The notes: generated by a model from the sequence alone, not told the origin. DNA of 64,000 bases from Bacillus thermozeamaize (GCA_002159075.1 LZRT01000085.1:6177-70176); one strand, 5' to 3'. Positions 40,578 to 50,715 are shown, counted from the first letter of the stretch. Translations and numbers: made by a program.

Positions 40578-41726
40578 GTGCGTTATCCGCCGTATTTTCA
40601 AGAGGAGCACGAAGCGTTGCGGAAAGTGATCCGCAGGTTTGTCGCAAATGAGGTGACGCCTTACATCGAAGAGTGGGAGGAGAAAGGAGAGTTTCCGCGG
40701 GAGATTGTCAAACGGATGGGAGAGTTGGGCTTTTTAGGCTTGCGCTATCCGGAAGAGGTGGGCGGACAAGGGGGAGATTATTTTTCCGTTATTGTCTTGG
40801 CAGAAGAGATGGCCCGTTGCGGAGCCGGAGGGTTCCCGATGGCGATTGCGGTGCAGACCGACATGGCAACGCCGCCGATCCTGGAATTTGGCACGCCGGA
40901 TCAGATCGAGCGTTTTCTGAAGCCGGCGATCCGCGGGGAGAAATTGGCGGCCATCGGGATTACCGAGCCCAACCACGGGTCTGATGTGGCGGGTATCCAA
41001 ACGCGGGCCGTGCGTGACGGGGATGACTGGGTGATCAATGGCAGCAAAACGTTTATCACCAATGGCCCGCGGGCTGATTTTATCACGATGGTGGTCCGCA
41101 CATCGGATAAACCGGGATACGAGGGGCTGAGCCTTTTTCTCGTGGAACTGGATCGTCCCGGTGTCTCGGTCAGCCGGAAGCTGGATAAAGTAGGCATGCG
41201 TTCTTCGGATACGGCTGAGATCGTTTTTGACAATGTACGGGTGCCGCAGGAAAACCTCCTTGGCGAAGAGGGGAAGGGATTTTACCAGATCATGTGGCAA
41301 TTGCAGGGAGAACGCCTCATCGGGGCGGCCGGTTCAGTCGGCATGGCACAGTACGCCTATGAACTGGCCCGCGATTACGCCAAAGAGCGGAAGGCGTTTC
41401 AACGGCCGCTCAGCCAATTTCAGGTGATCGCCCACTTGCTGGCTGAGATGGCGACCGAAATCGAGGCGGCGCGTCATCTGACGTATGCGGCAGCCTATCG
41501 TTTTGCACGTGGCGAGGTGCCGACGAAAGAGATTTCCATGGCGAAACTGGTTGCCGCCCAAGTGGCCCATTGGGTGGCGGATCGGGCGCTGCAGATTTTC
41601 GGCGGGTATGGTTATATGATGGAATATCCGATCCAGCGTATCTGGCGTGATACGCGCTTGTATCGGATTGGCGGCGGGACGGATGAGATCATGAAAGAAA
41701 TCATCGCCAAGCAAATGAACATCTGA
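40578..41726 (+). CDS. Acyl-CoA dehydrogenase, AtuD-like; close paralogue of 9775-10932
   Basis: Shares 'YPPYF..EH', 'MAIAVQTDMATPP', 'GITEPNHGSD', 'LQGER'. Confidence 0.88.
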   Translation: MRYPPYFQEEHEALRKVIRRFVANEVTPYIEEWEEKGEFPREIVKRMGELGFLGLRYPEEVGGQGGDYFSVIVLAEEMARCGAGGFPMAIAVQTDMATPPILEFGTPDQIERFLKPAIRGEKLAAIGITEPNHGSDVAGIQTRAVRDGDDWVINGSKTFITNGPRADFITMVVRTSDKPGYEGLSLFLVELDRPGVSVSRKLDKVGMRSSDTAEIVFDNVRVPQENLLGEEGKGFYQIMWQLQGERLIGAAGSVGMAQYAYELARDYAKERKAFQRPLSQFQVIAHLLAEMATEIEAARHLTYAAAYRFARGEVPTKEISMAKLVAAQVAHWVADRALQIFGGYGYMMEYPIQRIWRDTRLYRIGGGTDEIMKEIIAKQMNI

Positions 41727-41750
41727 GGCTGGTTGAAAGGGGGGATGTAG

Positions 41751-42908
41751 GTGTCTCACTGGATTTTTACGGAAGAGCATCAGATGTTTCGGAAAAGTGT
41801 CCAGAAATTTGTGGAAAAAGAGATCCTGCCTCATGTAGAGGAATGGGAACGGGCCGGCGAGGTGCCGCGCCAGCTTTTCCGCCGATGCGGTGAATTGGGT
41901 TACCTGGGCCTGAAGTTTCCGAAGGAGTATGGGGGAGCGGGGGCAGATCTCGTCACAGAGGCGGTCTTTATTGAGGAACTTTCCAAGTGCGGCGCAGGTG
42001 GCGTGGCTGCGGCCATCGGCGCACATGCCAATATTGCCATGACGCCTGTCTGGAAATACGGCAACGAGCAGCAGAAACGCAAGTACCTGGAACCGGCGAT
42101 TCGGGGCGAGATGATCGCCGCGCTGGGCATCACCGAACCCAATACGGGATCCGATGTGGCCGCCATTGCCACAACAGCCAGAAGAGAAGGAGACCACTAT
42201 GTTCTCAACGGCAGCAAAATGTTCATCACCAACGGTGTCCATGCCGATTACGTGTGCGTCGCGGCGAAAACCGATCCATCACGCGGGTACCGCGGCATCA
42301 GCCTGTTCATCGTCGAGAGCAAGTGGCCGGGGTTTCGAGTCGGAAAGAGTTTGCGGAAGCTGGGGTGGCGTTCATCGGACACCGCTGAGCTGGTTTTTGA
42401 AGATGTGCGCGTACCGGCAGAAAACCTGCTGGGGGAAGAGAACCAGGGCTTCTACTATATCATGAAGAACTTTCAGTGGGAGCGCATCTGGCTTGCCCTG
42501 TCCAGTGTGGCCCTTGCGGAAAAGGCCCTGGAAGATGCGATCCGCTACAGCCAGGAACGCACGCAATTTGGCCGGACGCTCAGCCAGTTTCAGGCGCTGC
42601 GGCACAAAATGGTGGATATGGCGGTCGATTTGGAAAAGGCGCGTCACTTGACCTATTACGCCCTTTATAAATACGCGCAAGGGGAAGACGCGGTGATCGA
42701 GACGACGATGGCCAAAGCTTACGCCGGCGAGATGGTCAGCCGGGTCACGGATATGGCTCTGCAAATTCACGGTGGGAACGGATACATGATGGAGTATCCG
42801 GTTCAACGTTATTGGCGGGATGCCCGTATCCAGTCGATTGGCGGCGGCACAACCCAGATCATGAATGAGATCCTGGTAAAGCGATTGGGAATCGTTGAGA
42901 ACCAGTGA
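41751..42908 (+). CDS. Acyl-CoA dehydrogenase; paralogue of 10980-12125
   Basis: 'GITEPNTGSD', 'FQWERI', 'HKMVDMAV', 'AKAYAGEM', 'IGGGTTQ'. Confidence 0.9.
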   Translation: MSHWIFTEEHQMFRKSVQKFVEKEILPHVEEWERAGEVPRQLFRRCGELGYLGLKFPKEYGGAGADLVTEAVFIEELSKCGAGGVAAAIGAHANIAMTPVWKYGNEQQKRKYLEPAIRGEMIAALGITEPNTGSDVAAIATTARREGDHYVLNGSKMFITNGVHADYVCVAAKTDPSRGYRGISLFIVESKWPGFRVGKSLRKLGWRSSDTAELVFEDVRVPAENLLGEENQGFYYIMKNFQWERIWLALSSVALAEKALEDAIRYSQERTQFGRTLSQFQALRHKMVDMAVDLEKARHLTYYALYKYAQGEDAVIETTMAKAYAGEMVSRVTDMALQIHGGNGYMMEYPVQRYWRDARIQSIGGGTTQIMNEILVKRLGIVENQ

Positions 42909-42960
42909 GAAAGGGTTGCGGGCAAACGTGACGACGAGAAGGCTGATCCTTGAACAGATG

Positions 42961-43000
42961 AGCGCACCTGTCTGACACGGCAGTCAGGATGCGCTTTATT
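42961..43000 (+). terminator. Probable Rho-independent terminator ending the P4 operon
   Basis: AGCGCA CCTG...CAGG ATGCGCT followed by TTATT. Confidence 0.5.
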
Positions 43001-43118
43001 ATTTTGGAAAAAATAATTAAAAAATTATTTCAAGAAAATACTTTAAGATATTCACTAAATATATTATGATATAATTATGAATTTTATCCTGTATATCCTG
43101 TATAGAGGAGGGGTCGTT

Positions 43119-44693
43119 GTGAATTCCGTGACGTTGATTAACCGGGTTGCCATTGGCGACATTATCCGTCGCAGCGCGAGGAGGTATCCCAGCAAAACCG
43201 CCATCGTGGATGGAAAGCGGCGAATGACCTTTCAAGAATTGGAGGGACAATCCAACCAATTTGCCCACTATCTGCTCAGCCAGGGATTTCGGAAGGGGGA
43301 CAAGATTGCGACCATCTGTCAAAATTCTGCAGACTTTGTTGTCGCAATGTTCGGAATCCATAAGGCGGGAATGGTGTGGGTCCCCATTAACCCGGGGCTT
43401 GCTCCTGCGGATATCCAGTATATTCTTACCCATTCCGAAGCCCGGTTGGTGATCGTGGATGATCAATTATTCGCCAATCCTTCCCTGCGGAATCTGCTGA
43501 TGGAGACCGTGGACAAGATGGTGATCATCCCGTATGCGGGTCTGCCGTCTGAGGATGGTCTGCCAATTATTGAAAGCGCTTTAGCGCTTCAGCCGACGGA
43601 AGAGCCTCTCCTGGAAATCGCGGAACGGGACGTGGCGCAGATCATGTACACCAGCGGGACCACCGGACGGCCAAAGGGCGTGATGCAGAGCCATCTTGCC
43701 GTCTACATTGCGTCATTGGGGAACATTATCGAAATGAATCTGAGAGCGGACGATGTTGCGACTGCGATGATGCCCCTTTTTCACTGTGCGCAGCACAGCA
43801 TGCTCACCTCGTTTCTTCACATTGGCGCGACCAACGTGATTCTTCGCGGCTTTGATCCGGTAACGCTGATGGCAACTATCGAACGGGAGAAGATCACGTG
43901 GGTGTTTGCCTTGCCGATGATGTACCGCGTGCTGCTGGATCACCCGGAACGTGCGAGCTACGATTTGTCCAGTCTGAAATTTTGCCTTTATGCGATGGCA
44001 CCCATGGACGAGAACACCTTGCGGCGCGCGATTGCGGAGCTGTGCCCCAATTTTGCGCTGGGCAGCGGACAGACGGAGATGTATCCGGGCACCACGTTTT
44101 TCAAGCCGGAAGAACAGTTGCGCCGTTTCGGATCTTACTGGGGAAGCCCTTCAATTATCAATGACACCGCGATCATGGATGAGGAAGGAAACTTGCTTCC
44201 GCCCGGACAGGTCGGAGAAATTGTCCACCGCGGTCCCAATGTGATGGAGGGATACTACAAAAATCCGGAGGCCACTGCCGAGAGTCGCCTGCACGGTTGG
44301 CATCACACGGGTGATCTGGGGATGTTTGATGCCGATGGGCAACTTCTTTTTGTCGATCGGAAGAAAGACATGATCAAAACCGGCGGTGAGAATGTCCCCT
44401 CGATCAAGGTGGAGCAGGTATTGCTCAGCCATCCTGCGGTGGCCAATGCGGCGGCGGTCGGCCTGCCCCATCCCCGGTGGTCCGAGGCGGTCACCGCATT
44501 TGTCACCCTTAAGCCCGGCGCTCGGGCAAGCGGGGAAGAACTGATCCAATTCTGCAAAGGACATTTGGGGGGCTTTGAAGTTCCGAAAGCGGTTCAAATC
44601 ATTGAACAGTTCCCGATGACAACAACGGGGAAAATCCAGAAACACGTATTGCGCGACACGTACCGTGATTTCTATGCGAAGGAATCTGTCTGA
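43119..44693 (+). CDS. AMP-dependent acyl-CoA synthetase; paralogue of 13826-15421
   Basis: 'LINRVAIGDI', YTSGTTGRPKG, GSGQTE, 'KTGGENV'. Confidence 0.92.
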   Translation: MNSVTLINRVAIGDIIRRSARRYPSKTAIVDGKRRMTFQELEGQSNQFAHYLLSQGFRKGDKIATICQNSADFVVAMFGIHKAGMVWVPINPGLAPADIQYILTHSEARLVIVDDQLFANPSLRNLLMETVDKMVIIPYAGLPSEDGLPIIESALALQPTEEPLLEIAERDVAQIMYTSGTTGRPKGVMQSHLAVYIASLGNIIEMNLRADDVATAMMPLFHCAQHSMLTSFLHIGATNVILRGFDPVTLMATIEREKITWVFALPMMYRVLLDHPERASYDLSSLKFCLYAMAPMDENTLRRAIAELCPNFALGSGQTEMYPGTTFFKPEEQLRRFGSYWGSPSIINDTAIMDEEGNLLPPGQVGEIVHRGPNVMEGYYKNPEATAESRLHGWHHTGDLGMFDADGQLLFVDRKKDMIKTGGENVPSIKVEQVLLSHPAVANAAAVGLPHPRWSEAVTAFVTLKPGARASGEELIQFCKGHLGGFEVPKAVQIIEQFPMTTTGKIQKHVLRDTYRDFYAKESV

Positions 44694-44731
44694 ATCATCA
44701 AAAACCATGATCGGATGGAGGCGACAGAAGG

Positions 44732-46306
44732 ATGAAGCAGCGTACTGTCAGCGAAGCGCTGCGGGATGCCGCCCGCCGGGCGCCCGGCAAACCCTTTTTC
44801 TACTACCGGAATCAGAAGTTCAGCTACAGAGAACTGGACGAACACTCGGATCGCCTGGCTACTGCGTTGATGGAACAAGGGATACGAAGGGGGGACAAGA
44901 TCGCCATCCTGGCCCTGAATCAACCGGAGTGGCTGATTGCCTTTTTTGCCGCGGCCAAGATCGGCGCCGGCGTGGTGGCTTTAAATGCTCGCTATCGTGA
45001 GACGGAACTGGAATACATGCTCAATCGATCAGCGGTCAAGTTGCTGATCAGTGTGGATGAAACACCGGAGTTCAATTTTCGCGACTTTTTCTATGCCTTT
45101 CGCGAGAAAATCCCGACGGTGGAGCGGTTTGTCTTTATCGGCGAAGGGTTTCCCGGAAGTTTGTCATTTGAGGAATTGCTGGCATCCGACGCGCGTACCG
45201 ACCTCCTGGCAAGTGCCGGCCAGGAGGTGGCCGAAGATGACACCATGATCATCATTTACACTTCGGGTACCACAGGCCGGCCTAAGGGGGCGATGCTGAC
45301 GCACAAAAGCATGCTGGCTTCCGCCAGGGCGCAAGCGGAACACCTTCGGATCACGGAAGAGGATATCGGTACAGGGCATCTGCCCCTCAACCATGTCGGA
45401 GGGATTACCTGTGCCGTGATGGTCGCGCTCGTCAGCAACAGTTCGGTGGTCCTGATTCCCCATTTTCGTCCCGATCTGGTTCTGCAGGCCGTTGAGAAGC
45501 ACCGGATCACGATCTTGGGCGGCGTTCCGACCATGTTTGTGATGATGTTCAACGTGCCTCAGTTCGATAAGTACGACATTTCTTCGGTCCGCCTGTGCGT
45601 CGCCGGCGGTTCCAACGTCGAACCGCAGTTGTGCCGATTGATCAACGAGCGATTTCCCGGTGCGAAACTGGTCAATCTGTACGGTGCCAGTGAAACATCA
45701 GGGGCATGTGTGATATCGCGGCTGGATGACACACCGGAAAAGGTGGCCCAGAGTATTGGGGTGATCATCGGCGATTTCCAGATGAAGGTGGTAGGGCCAG
45801 GGAAGGAGGAATTGCCGTTAGGCGAGATCGGAGAGCTGGCCATCAAGGGAGATTGCGTGGCCAAAGGGTATGACGGTTTGGAGGCAGAGACGAAAGAGGC
45901 GTTTTCTGCGGACGGCTGGCTGTACACCGGTGATTTGGCCTATCTGGATGAAGAAGGATACATCTACCTGAAAGGCCGGAAAAAAGAGATGTACATCCAA
46001 GGGGGATTCAACGTCTATCCCGCTGAGATTGAGAATCTCCTGATAACGCATCCGAAAGTGGCCATTGCCGCCGGAATCGGCATTCCGGATCCGGTGTTTG
46101 GAGAGGTGGGGAGGTTTTATATCCTGCCCAGACCGGGGTGCGAGGTGACGGAAGAGGAGTTGAAGGCGTTTTGCCGGAAACACCTGGCCGATTACAAAGT
46201 GCCGAGGGAATTTGTCATTGTGAATGAGCTGCCATTGACACCGGCTGGAAAGGTGCAAAAATCGGTGCTGAAGCAGCAGTATGAAGCAAGCAAAAAAACA
46301 CTCTAA
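44732..46306 (+). CDS. AMP-dependent acyl-CoA synthetase
   Basis: YTSGTTGRPKG, YGASE, 'YTGDL', 'LPLTPAGKVQK'. Confidence 0.92.
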   Translation: MKQRTVSEALRDAARRAPGKPFFYYRNQKFSYRELDEHSDRLATALMEQGIRRGDKIAILALNQPEWLIAFFAAAKIGAGVVALNARYRETELEYMLNRSAVKLLISVDETPEFNFRDFFYAFREKIPTVERFVFIGEGFPGSLSFEELLASDARTDLLASAGQEVAEDDTMIIIYTSGTTGRPKGAMLTHKSMLASARAQAEHLRITEEDIGTGHLPLNHVGGITCAVMVALVSNSSVVLIPHFRPDLVLQAVEKHRITILGGVPTMFVMMFNVPQFDKYDISSVRLCVAGGSNVEPQLCRLINERFPGAKLVNLYGASETSGACVISRLDDTPEKVAQSIGVIIGDFQMKVVGPGKEELPLGEIGELAIKGDCVAKGYDGLEAETKEAFSADGWLYTGDLAYLDEEGYIYLKGRKKEMYIQGGFNVYPAEIENLLITHPKVAIAAGIGIPDPVFGEVGRFYILPRPGCEVTEEELKAFCRKHLADYKVPREFVIVNELPLTPAGKVQKSVLKQQYEASKKTL

Positions 46307-46365
46307 AATATTTTGTGAAAAATGGATCTTTAAATTACAATCCGAACATTGTATGATAATCATTG

Positions 46366-46379
46366 TGAAAGCGCTATCC
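46366..46379. promoter_or_regulatory. cre (CcpA catabolite-repression) site
   Basis: TGAAAGCGCTATCC just downstream of a TATGAT/GATAAT -10-like element. Confidence 0.6.
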
Positions 46380-46426
46380 TTTTGGGCGGGCGATTTCTTA
46401 CAGCGATATTCATGGAGGTGTCGGCA

Positions 46427-47965
46427 GTGAACATTGGGAAAACGCTTTCAATCAATGCCATCAGGATTCCTGATCACGAGGCCCTGGTCTGCGAGGGAAG
46501 GCGGTACACTTACCGGCAGCTGAACGAACAGGTGAACCGGCTGGCCAACGGTTTGCTGAAACTCGGAATCCGGAAAGGGGACAAAATCTCCCTTGTGATG
46601 ACCAATTCCGATCATTTCGTGATCAGTTATTATGCGATTCTCAAGGTGGGTGGCGTCGTCGTGCCCATCAACTTCCGCCTCACGGCACCCGAAATCCAGT
46701 ACATTCTGGACCACTCCGACAGCATTCTGGCGATTGCCGATGGGGCGCTGGCTGAAACGGTTCTGACAGCGGCCAGGGAGGTCCCGGCTATCCGGTCAGT
46801 CTATGTCGTCGGTGATCAGCCGCCGGAGGGAAGCCTGCCATGGACCAGCCTGCTGGATGAGTCGGCGGCTGAGCCAGAGGTGGAAGTAGAGGAATCGGAT
46901 GACTGTGAGATCCTGTACACCTCGGGGACGACCGGCCGGCCGAAAGGGGCGCTGTTTGATCATCACCGGATTCTGTACGTGGGGATGAACATCATCGCCA
47001 GTATGAGCGTCAATCCGCGAGACCGGTTGTTGCATGTGGCGCCGCTGTTCCACAGCGCACAATTAAACCTTTTTCTGGTATCCGGAACATACGTGGGGGC
47101 TACCCATGTGGTGATGCGCGAATTTCATCCGGTGGAAGTGATGAAAACCATCCAGGAGGAAAAAATCACTCTCTTTTTCGGGGTGCCGACGATGTATTCC
47201 TATATGCTGCAAGTGCCCGCAGGCACATTTGACCTGACTTCGGTGCAGCGTTGCGCCTACGGTGCGGCGCCGATGGCGCCCGAGGTGGTCAAGCAGAGCA
47301 TGGAGATGTTTCAGACCGACCAATTTTACAACTTATGCGGTTTGACGGAGGGAGGGCCAGGAGGCGTATACCTGCCGCCTGAACGGCATTTGGACAAACT
47401 GGGTGCCGGTGGTATTCCGGTCATCAACACGGAAGTGCGCGTGGTGGATGACGCCGGAAACGATGTGCCGACTGGCGTAGTTGGGGAGATGATCATTCGC
47501 GGCGAGACGGTGATGAAAGAGTATTACAAGAATCCCCAGGCCACGGCGGAGGCCATCCGCGACGGCTGGCTGTACACCGGGGATCTGGCCGTGCTGGATG
47601 AAGACGGCTACCTCACGCTGGTTGACCGGAAGAAAGACATGATCATCTCCGGCGGGGAGAACGTGTACTCCACAGAGGTGGAACAAGTGTTGTATGCCCA
47701 TCCGCATGTGTTGGAGGCGGCTGTGATTGGATTGCCGCACCCGGTCTGGGGGGAGGTGGTCACGGCGGTGGTGGTTCCAAAACCGGGCCATGGGATCAAT
47801 GTGGACGAGTTGCAGGATTTCTGCCGGAAATCCCTGGCAGGATATAAAATACCGCGGAAGATTTTCTTTGTCGAGCAGCTGCCGCGAAATGCGTCAGGAA
47901 AGGTTTTGAAATATCAATTGCGCCAGACTTACAAGCATGCCGCTCAACAAGATCAATCCGTATAA
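46427..47965 (+). CDS. Long-chain-fatty-acid--CoA ligase-like protein
   Basis: YTSGTTGRPKG, CGLTE, 'YTGDL', 'LPRNASGKVLK'. Confidence 0.92.
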   Translation: MNIGKTLSINAIRIPDHEALVCEGRRYTYRQLNEQVNRLANGLLKLGIRKGDKISLVMTNSDHFVISYYAILKVGGVVVPINFRLTAPEIQYILDHSDSILAIADGALAETVLTAAREVPAIRSVYVVGDQPPEGSLPWTSLLDESAAEPEVEVEESDDCEILYTSGTTGRPKGALFDHHRILYVGMNIIASMSVNPRDRLLHVAPLFHSAQLNLFLVSGTYVGATHVVMREFHPVEVMKTIQEEKITLFFGVPTMYSYMLQVPAGTFDLTSVQRCAYGAAPMAPEVVKQSMEMFQTDQFYNLCGLTEGGPGGVYLPPERHLDKLGAGGIPVINTEVRVVDDAGNDVPTGVVGEMIIRGETVMKEYYKNPQATAEAIRDGWLYTGDLAVLDEDGYLTLVDRKKDMIISGGENVYSTEVEQVLYAHPHVLEAAVIGLPHPVWGEVVTAVVVPKPGHGINVDELQDFCRKSLAGYKIPRKIFFVEQLPRNASGKVLKYQLRQTYKHAAQQDQSV

Positions 47966-48022
47966 CCATAACAAAGAATAAAAAACGACTCTGAAGGAGG
48001 GAAGCCTTCAAGGCGGCAAACG

Positions 48023-49645
48023 ATGATGATGGTCGTTCCTTTGACGATGCGTTCCATTCTGGAGAGGGCCAATCGCTTCTTTCCGAAAAAAGAAATTGTC
48101 ACCCGCACAGAAAATGGACTGTTTCGCTACACGTATCGTGATTTTTACCAGCGGACGGTTCGTTTGGCCAGCGCGTTGCAACGTCTGGGGATCAAAAAGG
48201 GGGAGAGAGTGGCCACCTTTGCCTGGAATCATTACCGTCATCTGGAAGCCTACTTTGCCATCCCTTGCATGGGGGCCGTCCTGCATACGGTGAACATCCG
48301 GTTGTCGGGGGAGCATATCGTTTACATTCTCAATCATGCGGAAGATCAGCTTCTCCTGGTGGATGAGTCCCTGGTGCCGCTCATTGAGGCGATTCAGGAT
48401 CAGCTCAAGACGGTGAAAGGGTATATCATCATGACGGACAAGGAGGAGTTGCCTGCGACCAAGCTCCAGCCAGCATACCATTATGAACGCCTGCTGGCGG
48501 AGGCCGATCCCGATTACCGTTTTCCCGATGACATCGATGAAAACGATCCGATGGGGATGTGCTACACTTCCGCCACCACCGGCAATCCCAAAGGGGTGGT
48601 CTACACGCACCGGGCCATCTATTTGCACAGCTTGGCCGTCGGTTTGGCCGACACCATCGGACTTTCCGAACGAGATACCATTTTACCGATAGTGCCGATG
48701 TTCCACGCCAATGCCTGGGGGATGCCGTTTGCCGCGACGCTGTTCGGCACGAAACAAGTCTATCCGGGTGTCGGGCCAACCCCGAAAGATTTTATCCAGC
48801 TCATTCAGGATGAGAAGGTGACGATTTCTGCGGGCGTGCCGACCATCTGGATCGGAGTATTGCAGGAGCTGGAAAAGGGAGATTATGACATTTCCCATCT
48901 GAAAACGGCGTTATGCGGCGGTTCTGCGGCTCCGAAGTCACTCATCCGGACGTTTGAGGAGAAATATAACGTGATCATGATGCATGCCTACGGAATGACA
49001 GAAACCTCTCCTTTGGCCACCGTTGCCCGGCTGAAAAGTTATCAGGAGGAACTGCCGTTTGAGGAGCGTCTCAATATCCGGGCGTCACAGGGGATTCTCG
49101 TGCCTGGCCTTGAAATTCGGGTGGTGGGTGAAAACGGCGATGTCGCCTGGAACGGAAAAGAGATGGGTGAAATATACCTGCGAGGGAACTGGATCGCCAG
49201 CGAATATTATCAAGATGAGCGAACGAAGGATACTTTTGTCGACGGCTGGCTGCATACCGGCGATGTGGCCACCATTGACGAGGAAGGGTACATCCGTCTG
49301 GTGGACCGGACCAAGGATTTGGTGAAAAGCGGCGGGGAGTGGATCTCCTCGGTCGACCTGGAAAATGCCCTCATGGCCCATCCTGCCGTCCTTGAGGCGG
49401 CGGTTATCGCGGTGCCTCATCCCAAGTGGCATGAGCGGCCGCTCGCCTGTGTCGTTTTGAAGCCCGGCCATGAGGGAAAGGTGAGCAAGGAGGAGCTGCT
49501 GGATTTCCTGCGGCCGCAGTTTGCCAAATGGTGGATTCCGGATGACGTGGTCTTCTTGAAGGAAATTCCTAAAACCAGTGTCGGCAAATTCTTAAAGCGG
49601 GGGTTGCGCGAACAATTCAGCCAGCATTATCAATCTGCCACGTAA
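48023..49645 (+). CDS. Fatty acyl-CoA synthetase (AlkK/DmdB/ttLC-FACS-like clade)
   Basis: 'AWNHYRHLEAYFA', YTSATTGNPKG, 'PMFHANAWG', 'KSGGEWISS', 'KWHERP'. Confidence 0.92.
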   Translation: MMMVVPLTMRSILERANRFFPKKEIVTRTENGLFRYTYRDFYQRTVRLASALQRLGIKKGERVATFAWNHYRHLEAYFAIPCMGAVLHTVNIRLSGEHIVYILNHAEDQLLLVDESLVPLIEAIQDQLKTVKGYIIMTDKEELPATKLQPAYHYERLLAEADPDYRFPDDIDENDPMGMCYTSATTGNPKGVVYTHRAIYLHSLAVGLADTIGLSERDTILPIVPMFHANAWGMPFAATLFGTKQVYPGVGPTPKDFIQLIQDEKVTISAGVPTIWIGVLQELEKGDYDISHLKTALCGGSAAPKSLIRTFEEKYNVIMMHAYGMTETSPLATVARLKSYQEELPFEERLNIRASQGILVPGLEIRVVGENGDVAWNGKEMGEIYLRGNWIASEYYQDERTKDTFVDGWLHTGDVATIDEEGYIRLVDRTKDLVKSGGEWISSVDLENALMAHPAVLEAAVIAVPHPKWHERPLACVVLKPGHEGKVSKEELLDFLRPQFAKWWIPDDVVFLKEIPKTSVGKFLKRGLREQFSQHYQSAT

Positions 49646-49693
49646 CGGACGTTTAGGTTTGGTGGATGGCTTCTTGGCCTTTGCCGTTTTTGG

Positions 49694-49724
49694 GGCGGCC
49701 TGCTTGATGGCGGGCCGCCTTTTC
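49694..49724 (+). terminator. Rho-independent terminator at the island's right end
   Basis: GGCGGCCTGC-ttgatg-GCGGGCCGCC-TTTT. Confidence 0.75.
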
Positions 49725-49844
49725 ATTCTTGAAAAGGATGCCGGAAGCTCTTTGGAAAAATCATGTTTGCAGTTGCAAAACCGGGATAGTCAGGTAAGAT
49801 GGATATTATAGAAGAAAAAATCGCCTGTTGAGGAAGGTATTGGT

Positions 49845-50504
49845 ATGGAGAGTCTCAACCGGTTGGAAGGGTGGTTTTCACCTGTCAGCATGTTGCAGTC
49901 GGGAGCGCTGACAGCCACCTCCATGTACAACCTGGCCCAGTTCAAACAGCTCTTGATGAAGCAACTGGCTGCACAGCTCGTTGAAGCACAGGATATTGAC
50001 ATGGTGCAAAACAGCGGAAACGCCTCCGCACCCGTTTCAGGATTGTCAGCGGCAGATTGGCTCGGAATGAGACGCCTGTTGGAGAACGCTGCAGCCTCAG
50101 CTGACCCCGGAAAGGATGTGCCTGCACCATCTGCCTTTTCTGGGATCATTGCTGCCGCATCCAAGCGCTACGGCGTACCTGCTCGCCTGATCGAGGCGGT
50201 CATTCGGCAGGAGTCCGGCTTCAACCCGTGGGCCGTATCACCTGCGGGAGCCCAGGGGCTGATGCAACTGATGCCAAAAACGGCAGCCTCCCTTGGTGTG
50301 ACCAATCCCTTTGACCCGGTACAAAATATCGATGCGGGCACCCGATACCTGAGACAGTTGTTGGACCGCTATGGCGGCAATGTGAGGCTGGCGCTGGCGG
50401 CATACAATGCGGGGATGGGCAATGTGGATCGGTATGGCGGGATTCCTCCGTTTCGCGAGACGCAACAATATGTTGACCGGATTATGAGGATGCTGGGCGC
50501 TTGA
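49845..50504 (+). CDS. Lytic transglycosylase (SLT domain)
   Basis: '[11 protein letters not shown]', '[10 protein letters not shown]', 'ALAAYNAG', '[12 protein letters not shown]'. Confidence 0.9.
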   Translation: MESLNRLEGWFSPVSMLQSGALTATSMYNLAQFKQLLMKQLAAQLVEAQDIDMVQNSGNASAPVSGLSAADWLGMRRLLENAAASADPGKDVPAPSAFSGIIAAASKRYGVPARLIEAVIRQESGFNPWAVSPAGAQGLMQLMPKTAASLGVTNPFDPVQNIDAGTRYLRQLLDRYGGNVRLALAAYNAGMGNVDRYGGIPPFRETQQYVDRIMRMLGA

Positions 50505-50715
50505 AACCAAACATACTTGTTGATTTAATCTCTTTTTTGGTCCATAATTAAATATGTGGGAAGTATGGGTTCATTCCCCAGATGAGAAAATAGATGCCAG
50601 AGGACGGCTTTCATGAAGGAAAGAACGCTTTGTGGAGAATGGACAGCCTTCTGGTTGGTTTGACATGAATGTTTGTTGGAAGACGTCCTTCCAAAAAACA
50701 GAGGAGGTATGGGAG

